Below, piece after piece: positions 51,779 through 64,000 of a stretch of 64,000 nt of DNA (positions within the stretch are counted from its first letter, which is position 1; each line of letters starts with the position of its first letter). This DNA is from Octopus sinensis (lineage: Eukaryota), in contig NC_043010.1 in the NCBI RefSeq assembly GCF_006345805.1, forward strand, positions 26,102,001 to 26,166,000, in the 5' to 3' direction. Below the pieces are notes generated by a model that did not search any database, was not told the DNA's origin, and saw nothing but the letters and a program-made list of their open reading frames with translations. The position numbers and the translations under genes were made by a program.

Positions 51779-53139
51779 TATGTGTGTGTGCATGTGTGTG
51801 TGTGTGTGTGTGTATAATATAATACAATATAAAGACTTAACCACTGTATATTTCATTTGCTGGTTGAGATACTCAACAACCTTCCCTTGCAATGTCCTAT
51901 TTTGTTCACAATCTGACACAAGATTTTGGTTCTAAGTATGTGACCTGTTGTTTTGTTTTTTTCCCTACCTAAGGAAAAAAATGATATTTTTGTTCCTTCT
52001 CCAAACCTGACACTTATACGACTTGTACTACTTTGTCAACATAACCCTTTTGTCCTCAGACCCACCTGAAACCATCCTCAGTTCTTTGATACAAACTGTG
52101 TAGTTTAAAGTGTTCTACATAAAAACCTTCCATTAAAAATTCATGTTAATTCAGGTTCCAAATCCCGGCTTAATAATGGTAAAATTATTTTACTAAATTT
52201 TTAATTTCTTTCACGATTAATTGAAACAAAAGTAGGGTATTTCAACAGAAATATGATAACAAAAGGGTTAATATAAATGTGGATAGGTTAATATTGGATG
52301 CTGTTAACCCTTTTGATACTAACCCACCCAAGACAGCACCTAGTTTTGTAATAGAAACCTCTTGTTTTAAAGTGGCCTAAATTAAAACCTTCCGGCAATA
52401 TGTCCTGTTTATCTACGCTCCAGTTTATTCATCGTTTTAGCTTTCAAATGATGTGATCTTGCTGTTTCAGTGAGCAGGCCAACATTCCCACTGATTGGAA
52501 AGCTAGTCTGTTGCAGGATTAACCATTTGGAGTTGAGTGGACTGGGGCAATGTGAAATGAAGTGTTTTGCTCAAGAACACAACATGCTGCCCAGTCCGAG
52601 AATCGAACCCATGATCTTGTGATCATGAGTTGAACACCGTAACCACTAGGCCATGCTCCTTCACCCACTTAACTAGTTATCAAAGTTATCACCCATGGCA
52701 GGACGAAGGGCAAGGTAATATATAAAAAAAGTGATTACAGCAAAGAACTTTGATGCAGTAAGGAATCAGCTAATCCATATTCCAGGCTGGAAATGTCTTT
52801 GAGAGGAGCTCGTTCGTGAACAGTCCATTTAAACAATCATTAGGGCTTTTATTTTATCAGCCTCAGAAAGATGAAAAGCAAAGCTGATCTTGACAGGATT
52901 TGAACCTAGAATATAAAGAGCTCTGACTATGCACTGCAAAGCATTTTGTCCAACGCTTTTATGATCTTGCTAGATTTCTTAACAGGGGCAGACAAAGCCA
53001 GAGATCTTAAAGGAGACAGTTGATCATTAAAATGTCTCTGGGATCCTACAACTTTTCTATAGATTTCTAAAACTGACACATAGCCAGGTTTTTGTAAAAA
53101 AAAAGGGGGGGGGGGCAACCGCAATTTGGAAAAATGAAA

Positions 53140-53640
53140 CTAATCACATATTTTGATAAAAACAAACAAGCCACATATTTTAGACAAAAAGGGGGCTAAC
53201 TCCATGTTTTGACAAAAGGGGGCTAACTCCATGTTTTGACAAAAAAGGGGTTAACCATATATTTTGACAAAAAAGGGGCTAACCATTTAACTTGGTGAAA
53301 AGGGTCTAACCACATAATTTGGTGAAAAGAGGCTGGCCATGTTTTGGCAAAAAGGAGCTAGCCACATATTTTGACAAAAAAGGGGCTAACCATTTAACTT
53401 GGTGGAAAGGGTCTAACCACATAATTTGATAAAAAGGGGTTAACCATGTTTTGACAAAAAGGGGTTAACCATGTTTTGACAAAGAGGGGCTAACCATGTT
53501 TTGACAAAAAGGAGTTAACCATATATTTTGACAAAGAAGGGGCTAACCATTTAACTTGGTAAAAGGGTCTAACCACATAATTTGGTAAAAAGGGGCTAAC
53601 CATATTTTGGCAAAAAGGGGCTAACCACACACTTAGATGA
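53140..53640. repeat. Minisatellite of about 20 units of 23-26 bp, consensus AAAAAGGGGCTAACCATGTTTTGAC
   Basis: Tandem units are directly visible. The variant pair aaccatttaacttggt...gggtctaaccacataatttg recurs three times. Confidence 0.9.
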
Positions 53641-54363
53641 AAAGAAGTTAGGCACTTATATAATGTAAGCACCAGTACCAGTTTTTGCTTTATTTTATTG
53701 ATAAAAGGCAAAGTCAACCTGAGCAGGATTTGAGCTCAGAACACAAACGAATACATCAAAGGCATTTTGTGCCAGTTGCTCTACCAATTCTGCCAATCCA
53801 CTACCTGTAACCGTTAGCATAATAATAATAGTTATGATGATAATAATAGTTATGATAATGATGATGATGATGATGATGATGATAATAATAATAATAATAA
53901 TAATAATAGCAGCAATAACAACAAAAATAAAATAATCATAAATGTAGAACATTTTGAAGAAAAATATTGGTTTCAAATTTTGCCACAAGGACAACAATTT
54001 TAGGGTTGGGAGTAAGTCGATTACATCGACCCCAGTATTCAACTGGTACTTATTTTATCAATCTTGAAAGGACGAAAGGCAAAGTTGACCTCAGTGGAAT
54101 TTGAACTCAGAATGTAAAGATGGATGAAATGCCGCTAAGCATTTTGCTCTGCATGCTAATGATTCTGCCAGCTCGCCACCTTAAATTTGAAGAAAAAAAT
54201 ACTGAATGAAAGAATGGAAAGTTCAAATGAGATTCAGATTTAATGAACATGTTTCGACATTAGATGCCATGTTTTAGCACCCGATTAATTTTTCCTGACC
54301 AAATGATGACAACTGAGCAACATGAAAAGATTATACAAATACAAACACACATATACATATGTA

Positions 54364-54412
<49 letters not shown>

Positions 54413-54453
54413 CATACATGTATATGTATACATATATGTATGTATATATATAT

Positions 54454-54505
<52 letters not shown>

Positions 54506-54562
54506 GTATATGTGTGTGTGTGTATATATATATATATACATATATATATGTGTATGTGTATG

Positions 54563-54634
<72 letters not shown>

Positions 54635-55524
54635 TGTATACATACATAGATAAGAGAAAACATTTAGACTGACTGATAATGACAAAATATCCCAAAAACA
54701 ACCAAAACCAATATATATAAAATGAACATCACGCATTCCACCATCAAAATTAAAACAATTGTATACTTCAATAATGACTTCATGCACAGCTCAAACAATG
54801 GAGATATGAATATTTCAAACAAACATTCCTATATATATATGTGTGTGTGTGTATATGTATATATATACACACACACACATGTATGTATACACACACAAAG
54901 ATATATTTTTGTTTGTTTTTACATGCGACAATAGGATGTACATATATATATTTTTTTCCACATTTATACATATATATATATATATATATATAATATATAT
55001 GTATATATATATGTATATATATGTATAATATACAATAGCAAGAAGCAACTTGGACTTCATTTCCATCTTTCTATGCCTGCCATCGAAGTGTAGAAAATTT
55101 CAAAAAATCTCAACTTCGAGTTTGAAGTTTGTATATTGTGATGATAATACCTAAATTTGAGTGAAATAATATTAATTTTCTAAATCTACTTAAATTGCTT
55201 ACTTCTCTAAAATATAATCATATAAATACATGTAGGTATAAGTGTGTATGTGTGTTTTGTGCTTGTGTGTGTATGTGTGTTTGTGTGCATGCGTGTGTGT
55301 GTGCATGTGTGTAAATTATAATCTAAGTAATATAACTATTAAGTGGACCTTAAGACTAACACTAGACTGCAGAATTTTGGTTTCACATATATATTTAAAA
55401 AAGAAATATTTTTTAAAAATAGCGTAAAGAATATTGAATCAAGATTCTCATTCCTGCTTGAAACTGACTCTTTTATTGAGTGTTTTCAACAAAAGTATGT
55501 CTGCCTGTCTATTTCTATCCATCC

Positions 55525-55567
<43 letters not shown>

Positions 55568-56985
55568 AATCTATCTATCTATCTATCTATCTATGTCTGT
55601 TTGTCTATTTCTATCTCTGTCTGTCTGTCTGTCTGTCTGTTTCTATCTATCAATATTCCAATAATTGTTTATGTATTTTATTTAGTTTTGTTTTTTACAT
55701 GATGAGGCTGAGAGTAGCAGCAGCAGGAATCTAAACAGATTAAGAAGTTAAAGCCAAGTTTTGGTCATCTTTTCTTAACCATTTTCACACCAACTCACTG
55801 AAGTTAATCCTGGTTCTATCATCTCAAAACTACCTATTTTAACCTGTTATATCTAAAATTAAAACTTCTGTCAATTTTCACACAAAAAACACTTTATAAG
55901 TTAAGAAGAAATTATCAGCTTAATAACAAAAATAGTGTTATTTTAATAAATCCCAGCAAATTTTAGATGATTTAATAACATAATCAAACAATGGCAGTAG
56001 TATTTCATTAGAGGTAAGGTCAGGAAAGAACTTCCAATAATCTTGGAATACTTGAGAATTTTAAAATAAGCATTTTGCTCTTTTATTTCTATTGTATTAT
56101 TTAATGTCATTTATTTCAGACAGGAATTGTTTTCCATTAATTCCAAACTAAAGAAATTAGGAGAGTTAAAAAGGTTTATCACTCCAAGATCTGAAAGCTA
56201 TTATGAAATTATTTGTTAACGTTCTTGAATCTTGTTAAATTTCTTTCAACCACTTGGGAGTATTTCAAATCTTCACCAGACTTCCCCTTCCCAGCAAATT
56301 TTCTAAACTGATGTAACTTCTTATTTACTAGAAAAAAAAAATAATGCAATTTTCATCATCACCATGCAAAAGTACATTTGAAAATAATCTGGTGAAATTG
56401 TGAAACACTTCAAGTGGTTGCAAGAAATTTAACAAGTTGCAAATTCTCTATTTGAATCGTATTGGATAAAGTAATAATATCTGCAGTGTATAGTCTGAGT
56501 TTAATATAAAAATTTCTTTCACTAGAAAGCCTTGCTCTTATACCACCGATGTATAAACCTGTTCATACATGGAGGCCTCAGGCACGTCAATTGGGTCACT
56601 GATACCCAGATTATAAATCTGATTATACACATACTATCAGTGACATTGCCAAATAGGCTCTAATTCTAGGCTTAGGCTAGTTTGTTTTGTGTATATATTA
56701 GAAGCTCTGTTTCTTTTCGATCTACTGAAGATCGTTCGTGTAACATGTGAAACCGTATGTGGAACTATTATTATTAGAAGCCTAAGATGACTATTTTTGA
56801 TTTACTATTAATACAATGTACCCCTTTATTGCACCGACCACTTAATTCAGAACATATATATTCTATTTATATATATATAACTGTGTTTTCTGTGTGAGGG
56901 TGTGTGCATGTGTGTGTGAGCATGTGCATGCATACACACACATTCATGGCAATGAGTAGTAAATAGTCTAGTATATATATGTATG

Positions 56986-57019
<34 letters not shown>

Positions 57020-57227
57020 CATATATACATAACATTTATATATGCATATATGTATATATTTATATGTGTGTCTGTGTTGGGTGGGCATGCATTTTTTGCA
57101 CGTTCATTTAACTTATAAAAGCATGGAAAATTTCATGCCATAATGATAATGATTATAATGATGATAATGATAATGATGTTGATGGATTTTATCCATGCAA
57201 TATTATGTTAAAAGAAAATAGTACTAA

Positions 57228-57288
<61 letters not shown>

Positions 57289-59398
57289 TTGATAACAAAA
57301 TAATATAAATAAATATAAATGTTGAAAATTTTATTGGTTTAACAAGAAACACCTATTTCCTAATCCTTAAGATTAAAGAACCTATTTCTTAATCCTTAAG
57401 ATTAAAGAGTAAGATTACAGATTTTTCATTTCTGCTTTCAAGATGTTTCTGTAGAAACCTATGACTGCAAGTCCTCTAGAGTATCAGAATCATCTAATGA
57501 GTTCCATACTGCCATTAAAACTGCCTACAGGTAAACTTTTGGCTGTGTTGCCTTGCTAGCTGATAACAAGTATTTCATACCCGCTATAAGGGAAAATATA
57601 CATAAAATATATAGGGGATAGTTTTCCAATGGTACAAAATTATATATTTAATTTATTTATTCATTGTTCTTCCATAACCCACTGGTTGTCATAGGAATAG
57701 TTCCTAAGACATAGAAGAACATGATGTTCCAAGCTGATAAGCAAAAGTGTTGTTACAGCATTGAAAACAGAGTTAATAATTAGCCATAACGGTATGCTGC
57801 TTTACTACAGTTACTGCCTAATTACAGTGAGATAAATTAAATGAGCCTGAATTCATTAGTTGGTTCAATGTCTCATCTCAGCCCCATATGGATGGAGCCA
57901 GCTCAGTGCCAGGGATTCTTTTATTCCTAAAGACTATTATCAATTCATCAATACAGCCATGAAAAAAATTATTCTTTCTTGCATGAGTTGTAAAATAAAC
58001 TTAATTTTATGAACTCAACATATGTCTGAAATTAAAAGCAATGATGTGAATTTTGTCATTTTATTTTTAATTATTTTTTCTTCATAAAACTTGGATTTTT
58101 GTTAATAAAATGTAAATTCAAAGAGCCATCTTTTTGGTGGATATATTCGCCAAAGTAAGTTTATTGTCACTTAAATCATAAAGAAATCATAATTTGACCA
58201 AATTGTTTTTGAATTTGGAATGGTTGATAAAAGAAACCTACGAGCAAATTAATGTAGTATTTTCTATTCTGTAAAAATATACACAGAGATCTGAATTCAT
58301 GTACCTATTTATCTATTTATCATAATATATGCATATATATTTATATATAAGAGGGTGCTGAAAAGTTCCTAGCCTTAAGTGTATTGCGAAAGGCCTGGTT
58401 GGAAAACCAAACTTCTGAGTTCTTTTATAGAGCTTAGAAAACTGAAGGACCGCTGCAATAAGTGTGTGAATCTGAGAAGGGAATTTGTTGAATAAAATCA
58501 TAATTAACTGATCCTCCTGTATTTTCTTTTACCCAAAGCCAGGAACTTTATAGTACTTCTTCATATGTATACTTACACACACACACACACACATATATAT
58601 ATACACACACAAATGTCTAGTGTATGTATATGTACATATGCATACATACATATAAATAACTTAATAAACGTATACATATATACATGTATGCAGATAATTG
58701 GTGAGAGCTGGATATACTCAGTAGAGAAAACACATAGCACCCAAATGAATTTGAACTTAGACTCCAAAGTCTTCATCCAGGATTAGGTGTGTGTGTGTGT
58801 ATATATATATGTATGTGAGTGAGAAAGTATATCTATATCTATAATATCATATTATATTACAATTCCCTAATGCATCATAATCTCCATTTCTTTTTTTATC
58901 AATCTTAATATAATTAGGTTTGCGTATTTTTTCTTTTCCTTTCTATGAGAGTCTCATAACTCTCAAGGAAATGAAATGAGGGGAAGGAAGAAGAAAGGAG
59001 GAAGAAAAGTGAGGATGAGGAAGAAGCAAGGAGGGGGATCAGGAGGAAGAGCAAGAAGAGGAAGACAGCGGCAGGAGGAGGAACAAGAGTGGGTAATTCA
59101 GGGAGAGGGATCAAAATACGCGTAACAGTATACAAATTAATGGATTAACATAACTAATATTATTAATACACCTAACAGATTAATATATCAAATACATTGA
59201 CATAACTCATAAACTCATTCTGTAGCAAAAATAAATGTTAGATAATTAAAGACTAAATTTTTGAAGCATTTTCCATGCCATTCCTCATTTCTCCATTTTT
59301 TCCCTTTCATTTTGGAATATATACATATATATATGCATATACATATATATATATGCATATACATATATATATACATATACATATACATATATATATAC

Positions 59399-59430
<32 letters not shown>

Positions 59431-59431
59431 A

Positions 59432-59464
<33 letters not shown>

Positions 59465-59516
59465 ACATATATACATATATATATATACATATATATATAT
59501 ACATATACATATATAC

Positions 59517-59554
<38 letters not shown>

Positions 59555-59567
59555 TATATATATATAG

Positions 59568-59606
<39 letters not shown>

Positions 59607-60296
59607 TACGAAAGAATCTATCAACAGAGATGCTACATTCTTTAACTGTGATAGTAGTAGTAATAGTAATAATAATAATAACGATATAATAATAATAGGA
59701 ATAATAATAAGAATAATAATGATAACAACAGTTTGTAGCGCTAGTAATAGTAGTGAAAGTAGTAGTAATAATAATAATAGTAGTAGTAGTAGTGGTAGTA
59801 GTAGTATCAATGGCAGCCAAGACTGTAGTCTGTGCCAGCAAGCAGAGGCAACAACAACAGGGAACTAAGAATGATGGACACCATTCCAGATGTAGGGGCA
59901 TAAAAGCAGGCAGTCAGCATCCTTAGCCAATACCATGCAGTTTGTCGGCTAAGATTCTTACATTGCTTTTTTTCTCTGAAGACTTTGTCTACAACGAGGA
60001 CAGAAATCAGTGTGAAGAAAAAAAAATTAAGTTGTCAATAACGATTCCGACAAAATAATCATAATAATATTAATAATAATTATAATATTAATAATAATAA
60101 TAATAATAATGTTAATGCCACAAAGGCATTAGATGGGGGGATATTACAGGGAAATGAAACGTTACAAAAAAGAAGTGAGGAGGAGTGTTAAAAATTAAAT
60201 CGAATGAAATGAAAACCAACACCATAATAACAATAATAATAACAATAATAACAATAATAATAATAATAATAATAATGATGATAATAATAATAATAA

Positions 60297-61790
60297 TTCT
60301 TTCTATTATTGGTACAAAGCCTGATATTTTTTCAGTGACAGAGCTAGTCGATTACATCAACCCCAGGGCTCAACTGGTACTTGTTTATCAACCCCAAAAG
60401 GACAAATGGCAAAGCCAACAGCAGCAGAACTTGAACTCAGAACAGAAGGACAGACAAAATGCCACTAAGCACTTTGCCCGCTGTGCTAACGGTTTGGCCA
60501 GTTCACCATCTGAATAATAACGATAATAATCCTCCCTATTATATAGGCACAAGGTCTGAATTTTGGGGAGAGGGGACTAATCAATAACATCAGTCCCAGT
60601 ACTCGAGTGGAACTTATTTTTGTTGACCCCAAAAGGATGAAAGGCAAAGTTGACCTTGGTGGAATTTGAAATCAGAACATAAAGACAGATGAAATGCCAC
60701 TAAGCATTTTGCCTGGTGTGCTAACCATTCTGTCAGCTCACCGTTTTAATAATAACAATAATAATAATACCTTTTATTATAGGCACAAGGCCTGAAATTT
60801 TGGGAGAGGAGATTAGTCAATTACAGCAACCTCAGTACCCAACAGGTACTTGTTTTATTGACTCCGAAAGGATGAAAAGCAAAGTTGACTTTGATGGAAT
60901 TTGAACTCAGAACATAAAGATGGATGAAATATCACTAAGCATTTTCTCCAATGTGCTAACCATTCTACCAGCTCACCACCTTAAAAATGGTTTCAAATTC
61001 TGGGACAAGGCCAGCAATCTTCATGGGTGGGGCAAGATGATTACATCAACCCTGGGGTACAACTGGTACTTCCTTTTATCAACCCTGAAAGGATGAAAAG
61101 CAAAGTCTACCTTGGCAGAATTTGAAATCAGAACATAGAGAGCCAGAAGAAATGCTGTTAAGTGTTTTGTTAATGATTCTGCCAACTCGCTGTCTTAATA
61201 ATAATAATGATAACAATCCTTCCTATTATAGGCACAAGGCATGAAGTATTGGGGAAAGGGGCTAATTTGATACACTAACCTCAGTGCTCAGCTGGTACTT
61301 ATTTTATCAAACCTGAAAGGATGATAGGCAAAAGTTGACCTTGGCAGAATTAGAACATCAAGTCAGAAAAAATGCCAAGCATTTTGTCCAATGTGCAAAC
61401 ATTTCTGCCAAGCCCAAGGTACACAATTACAATACAAATCCCTCTTGCAAACTTCATTCTTTCTCAAAACATAGCAGCTATCAACCATCCTAGTCCTAAT
61501 GTCCACTGGGACTTATAAAATGCTGTCTCTTGAGGTCACTGGGTGAGACCTGGACTCAGCTCATAAACACAAAGCAAAATCAAAACATCATAATAATAAG
61601 AATGGTTTCAAATTTTGGCACAGGGCCAGCAGTTTTTAAGGGAAGGGGGAAGTTGATTCTATCAACCCTAGTATTTGGCTGGTACATATTTTATTGATCC
61701 CCAAAAGGATGAAAGGCAATGTCAACCTCAGCAGAGTCTAAACTCAAAACATAAGACAAGCAACATGCTGCAAAGCACTTTGCCCGCTGT
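60297..61790 (-). mobile_element. Cluster of six co-oriented diverged copies of the same SINE, mostly separated by short (AAT)n
   Basis: Units start near 60297, 60530, 60768, 60986, 61215 and 61597; most carry aaggatga..gcaaag..gac and gaattt/cttgaa.tcagaac. Confidence 0.85.
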
Positions 61791-62392
61791 TTAGGCTGAT
61801 CATTGGTCACAGCAATGTCCATTATAGTTATACAGAGACAGACTGCCTGATACTGGAATACACTTTTCTTCTACAAGGGAAGCTGCTGTATTCAGTGAAG
61901 TTGCATGTGTGTGTGTTGTTGTTGTTTGGTTAATACTCTGCTGGTCGCTTTGATAGCTATGTATTGAAAATACAGGTGTGGCTGTGTGGTAAGAAGCTTA
62001 CTTCCCGTCCATGTGCTTTGGGGTTCATTCCTGCTGCACAGCACCTTGGGCAAGTGTCTTCCATTATAGCCTCGAGCCAACCAGAACGTTCTGGGGTTGA
62101 TTTCTTTTGTCTAAATTTCAAGGCAGTGCTACAGCATAGCAGCAATCCAAAGACTGAATTAAGTGAAAGCTAAAAGATATATACACACAGATATATACAA
62201 CAGACACACATATGCACACACATACATAAATATACAGGCATACATATAAATCTGTAAGACAGAATCAGAAGTGCATTGTGATCAGTAGTGTATAACAGCA
62301 TCTGGTGGTCTTTGTTGATACTGTGATATTTGTATGTAAACACATATGTGCATGTATGTTTATATATGTATGTGAGTATATCGATATATATG

Positions 62393-62442
<50 letters not shown>

Positions 62443-62868
62443 TGTATGTGTGCGTGTATATATATTCATACATACCATACACAAACTTAGAAAAATGTGT
62501 ATGTGTATATATATGTGTATGTATAGAAAACTGGCACTCCGTCAGTAATGACGACAAGGGTTCCAGTTCATCCGATCAACAGTGCTTGTGAAATTAATAT
62601 GCAAGTGGCTGAGCGCTCCACAGACACGTGTACCCTTAATGTAGTTCTCAGGGAGATTCAGTGTGACACTGAATATGACAAGGCTGGCCCTTTGAAATAC
62701 AGGTACTACTCATTTTTGCCAGCTGAATAGGACTGAAACAACGTGAAATAAAGTGTCTTGCTCAAGGACACAACGCATCACTGGGAATTGAACTCATGAC
62801 CTTATGATTTTGAGCTGAATACCCCTAACCACTAAACCAAACACCTTCACTGTATGTATATGTGTATA

Positions 62869-62912
<44 letters not shown>

Positions 62913-64000
62913 TAATAAAAAAATTATGAATAATAAGGACACAAAAATTGAAGACTTTGACCACCCTAGTGAAAACAACGATTAAAGAGTTTATCAAATA
63001 AACCAATGAAGGTAGAATAGTAACATGACCCTGTTTCTAGGCAGCAGATTCTTCCCTTGTCCAGTGGGGTTAAAAAGTCAGTTTTGAACTATTTTTAGAA
63101 CAACATCCAACACACAGTTAAACAAAAGAACTAAAAGCTTACCATTCAGTCAGAATAAATTCTCCATTTGGGAGAAGTTGAAAAAGTAGCAGCTAATACA
63201 CCCAGAAAAGGTCGTTGTTTTATAACATCATAATGCACTTTAAAGGAGCAAATATGGACAATTGCAATTTGCCAAAACGTAATGTAGGCAAAAAACATAA
63301 GAACTTATGGCAAGAGTTGCTATGTGGCAGGAAACTTGCCTTCCAACCACATGGTTCTAGGTTCAGTCCCACTGTGTGGCACCTTGAGCAAGTGTCTTCT
63401 ACTATAGCTTCAGGTTGACCAAAGCTTGTGAGTGGATTTGGTAGACAGAAACTGAAAGAAACCTGTCATACGTATGTATGTATTTGTGTGTCTGTGTTTG
63501 TCTCCCCATCATCATTTAACAACTGATACAATATGTACAAGGCTTATAAAGAATAAGTCCTGGGGTTGATTTGCTTGACTAAAGGTGGTGCTCTAGCATG
63601 GTCGCAGTCAAATAACTGAAACAAGTAAAAGAATATATATGTAATTTTTTATGGATCTTTTATTAAGCATATGTTCGACTCAGCCGTTTGTTTTTGAATT
63701 CCAATTATATCTCTTATTCCAATTAATTAATCTAATCTAATTAATTAATCTGGGACCATAAAGCTTTATATGATTCTCTATAATGATGTAATAAAATGCA
63801 AATATGTGAACATTTGGAATGTTATCTCTTCTCCCCCCCCCAATCCCCAGTCATTTACATATCATCTCTGCAACTCCCATTTTGATATTCAATATACATA
63901 TATAATAGGTATGTAGAGGTGCAATGGCCCAGTGGTTAGGGCAGCAGGCCCATGGTTGTAGGATTGCAGTTTCAATTCCCAGACAAGGCGTTGTGAGTGT

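Noticed and set aside
53140-53640. CRISPR array or telomeric repeat
   Set aside because: There are no unique spacers, the context is eukaryotic, and there are no TTAGGG runs; it is a minisatellite.
56715-56770. CTGAAGA...GAAAC hammerhead-like motif
   Set aside because: Stems I and II do not pair convincingly; at best a decayed relic. The same applies to motifs near 6430, 42450 and 48800.
57443-57530. Plus-strand AG...GT bounded open segment (DVSVETYDCKSS...)
   Set aside because: It is antisense to the host gene, with no recognisable homology or partner exons; compatible with chance.
379-62557. Dozens of ORFs rich in YI, HT, CV or poly-I/poly-N runs
   Set aside because: They are translations of (TA)n, (CA)n and (AAT)n microsatellites, with no splice or homology support.
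63143-63192. Minus-strand 50-nt segment with good splice sites (LLLFQLLPNGEFILTE)
   Set aside because: It does not resemble the expected NDRG sequence and would shift the frame; a cryptic or non-coding exon cannot be excluded.

Overview
AT-rich animal genomic DNA saturated with (TA)n, (CA)n, (AAT)n and (CAT)n microsatellites and transposon fragments. The repeat families look like an octopus (coleoid cephalopod) genome; this is an inference from recalled repeat sequences, not a database result. Nearly all ORFs in the supplied track are microsatellite translation artefacts. The one well-supported host gene is the 3' half of an NDRG-family (C. elegans ZK1073.1-like) alpha/beta-hydrolase-fold gene on the minus strand. 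I rebuilt five coding exons by hand (32464-32349, 31115-31080, 29014-28867, 26602-26551, 24992-24847); all have GT-AG sites and compatible phases. I found no further full-size upstream exon, so they probably lie beyond 64000. Mobile DNA includes a young 5'-truncated RTE LINE with a PHD-like finger, three mariner relics, a Penelope-like fragment with inverted arms, an RLE-type LINE tail, hAT MITEs with 8-bp TSDs and several tRNA-derived SINE families. Main leads: (1) a candidate 12-nt neural-type microexon at 50907-50918 in the giant NDRG intron; (2) recurrent fold-back hairpins next to (TA)n tracts, including a perfect 212-bp-arm palindrome; (3) a 300-bp local duplication from downstream of the gene into an intron, flanked by 34-bp direct repeats; (4) near-uniform orientation and head-to-tail stacking of one SINE family inside the gene.
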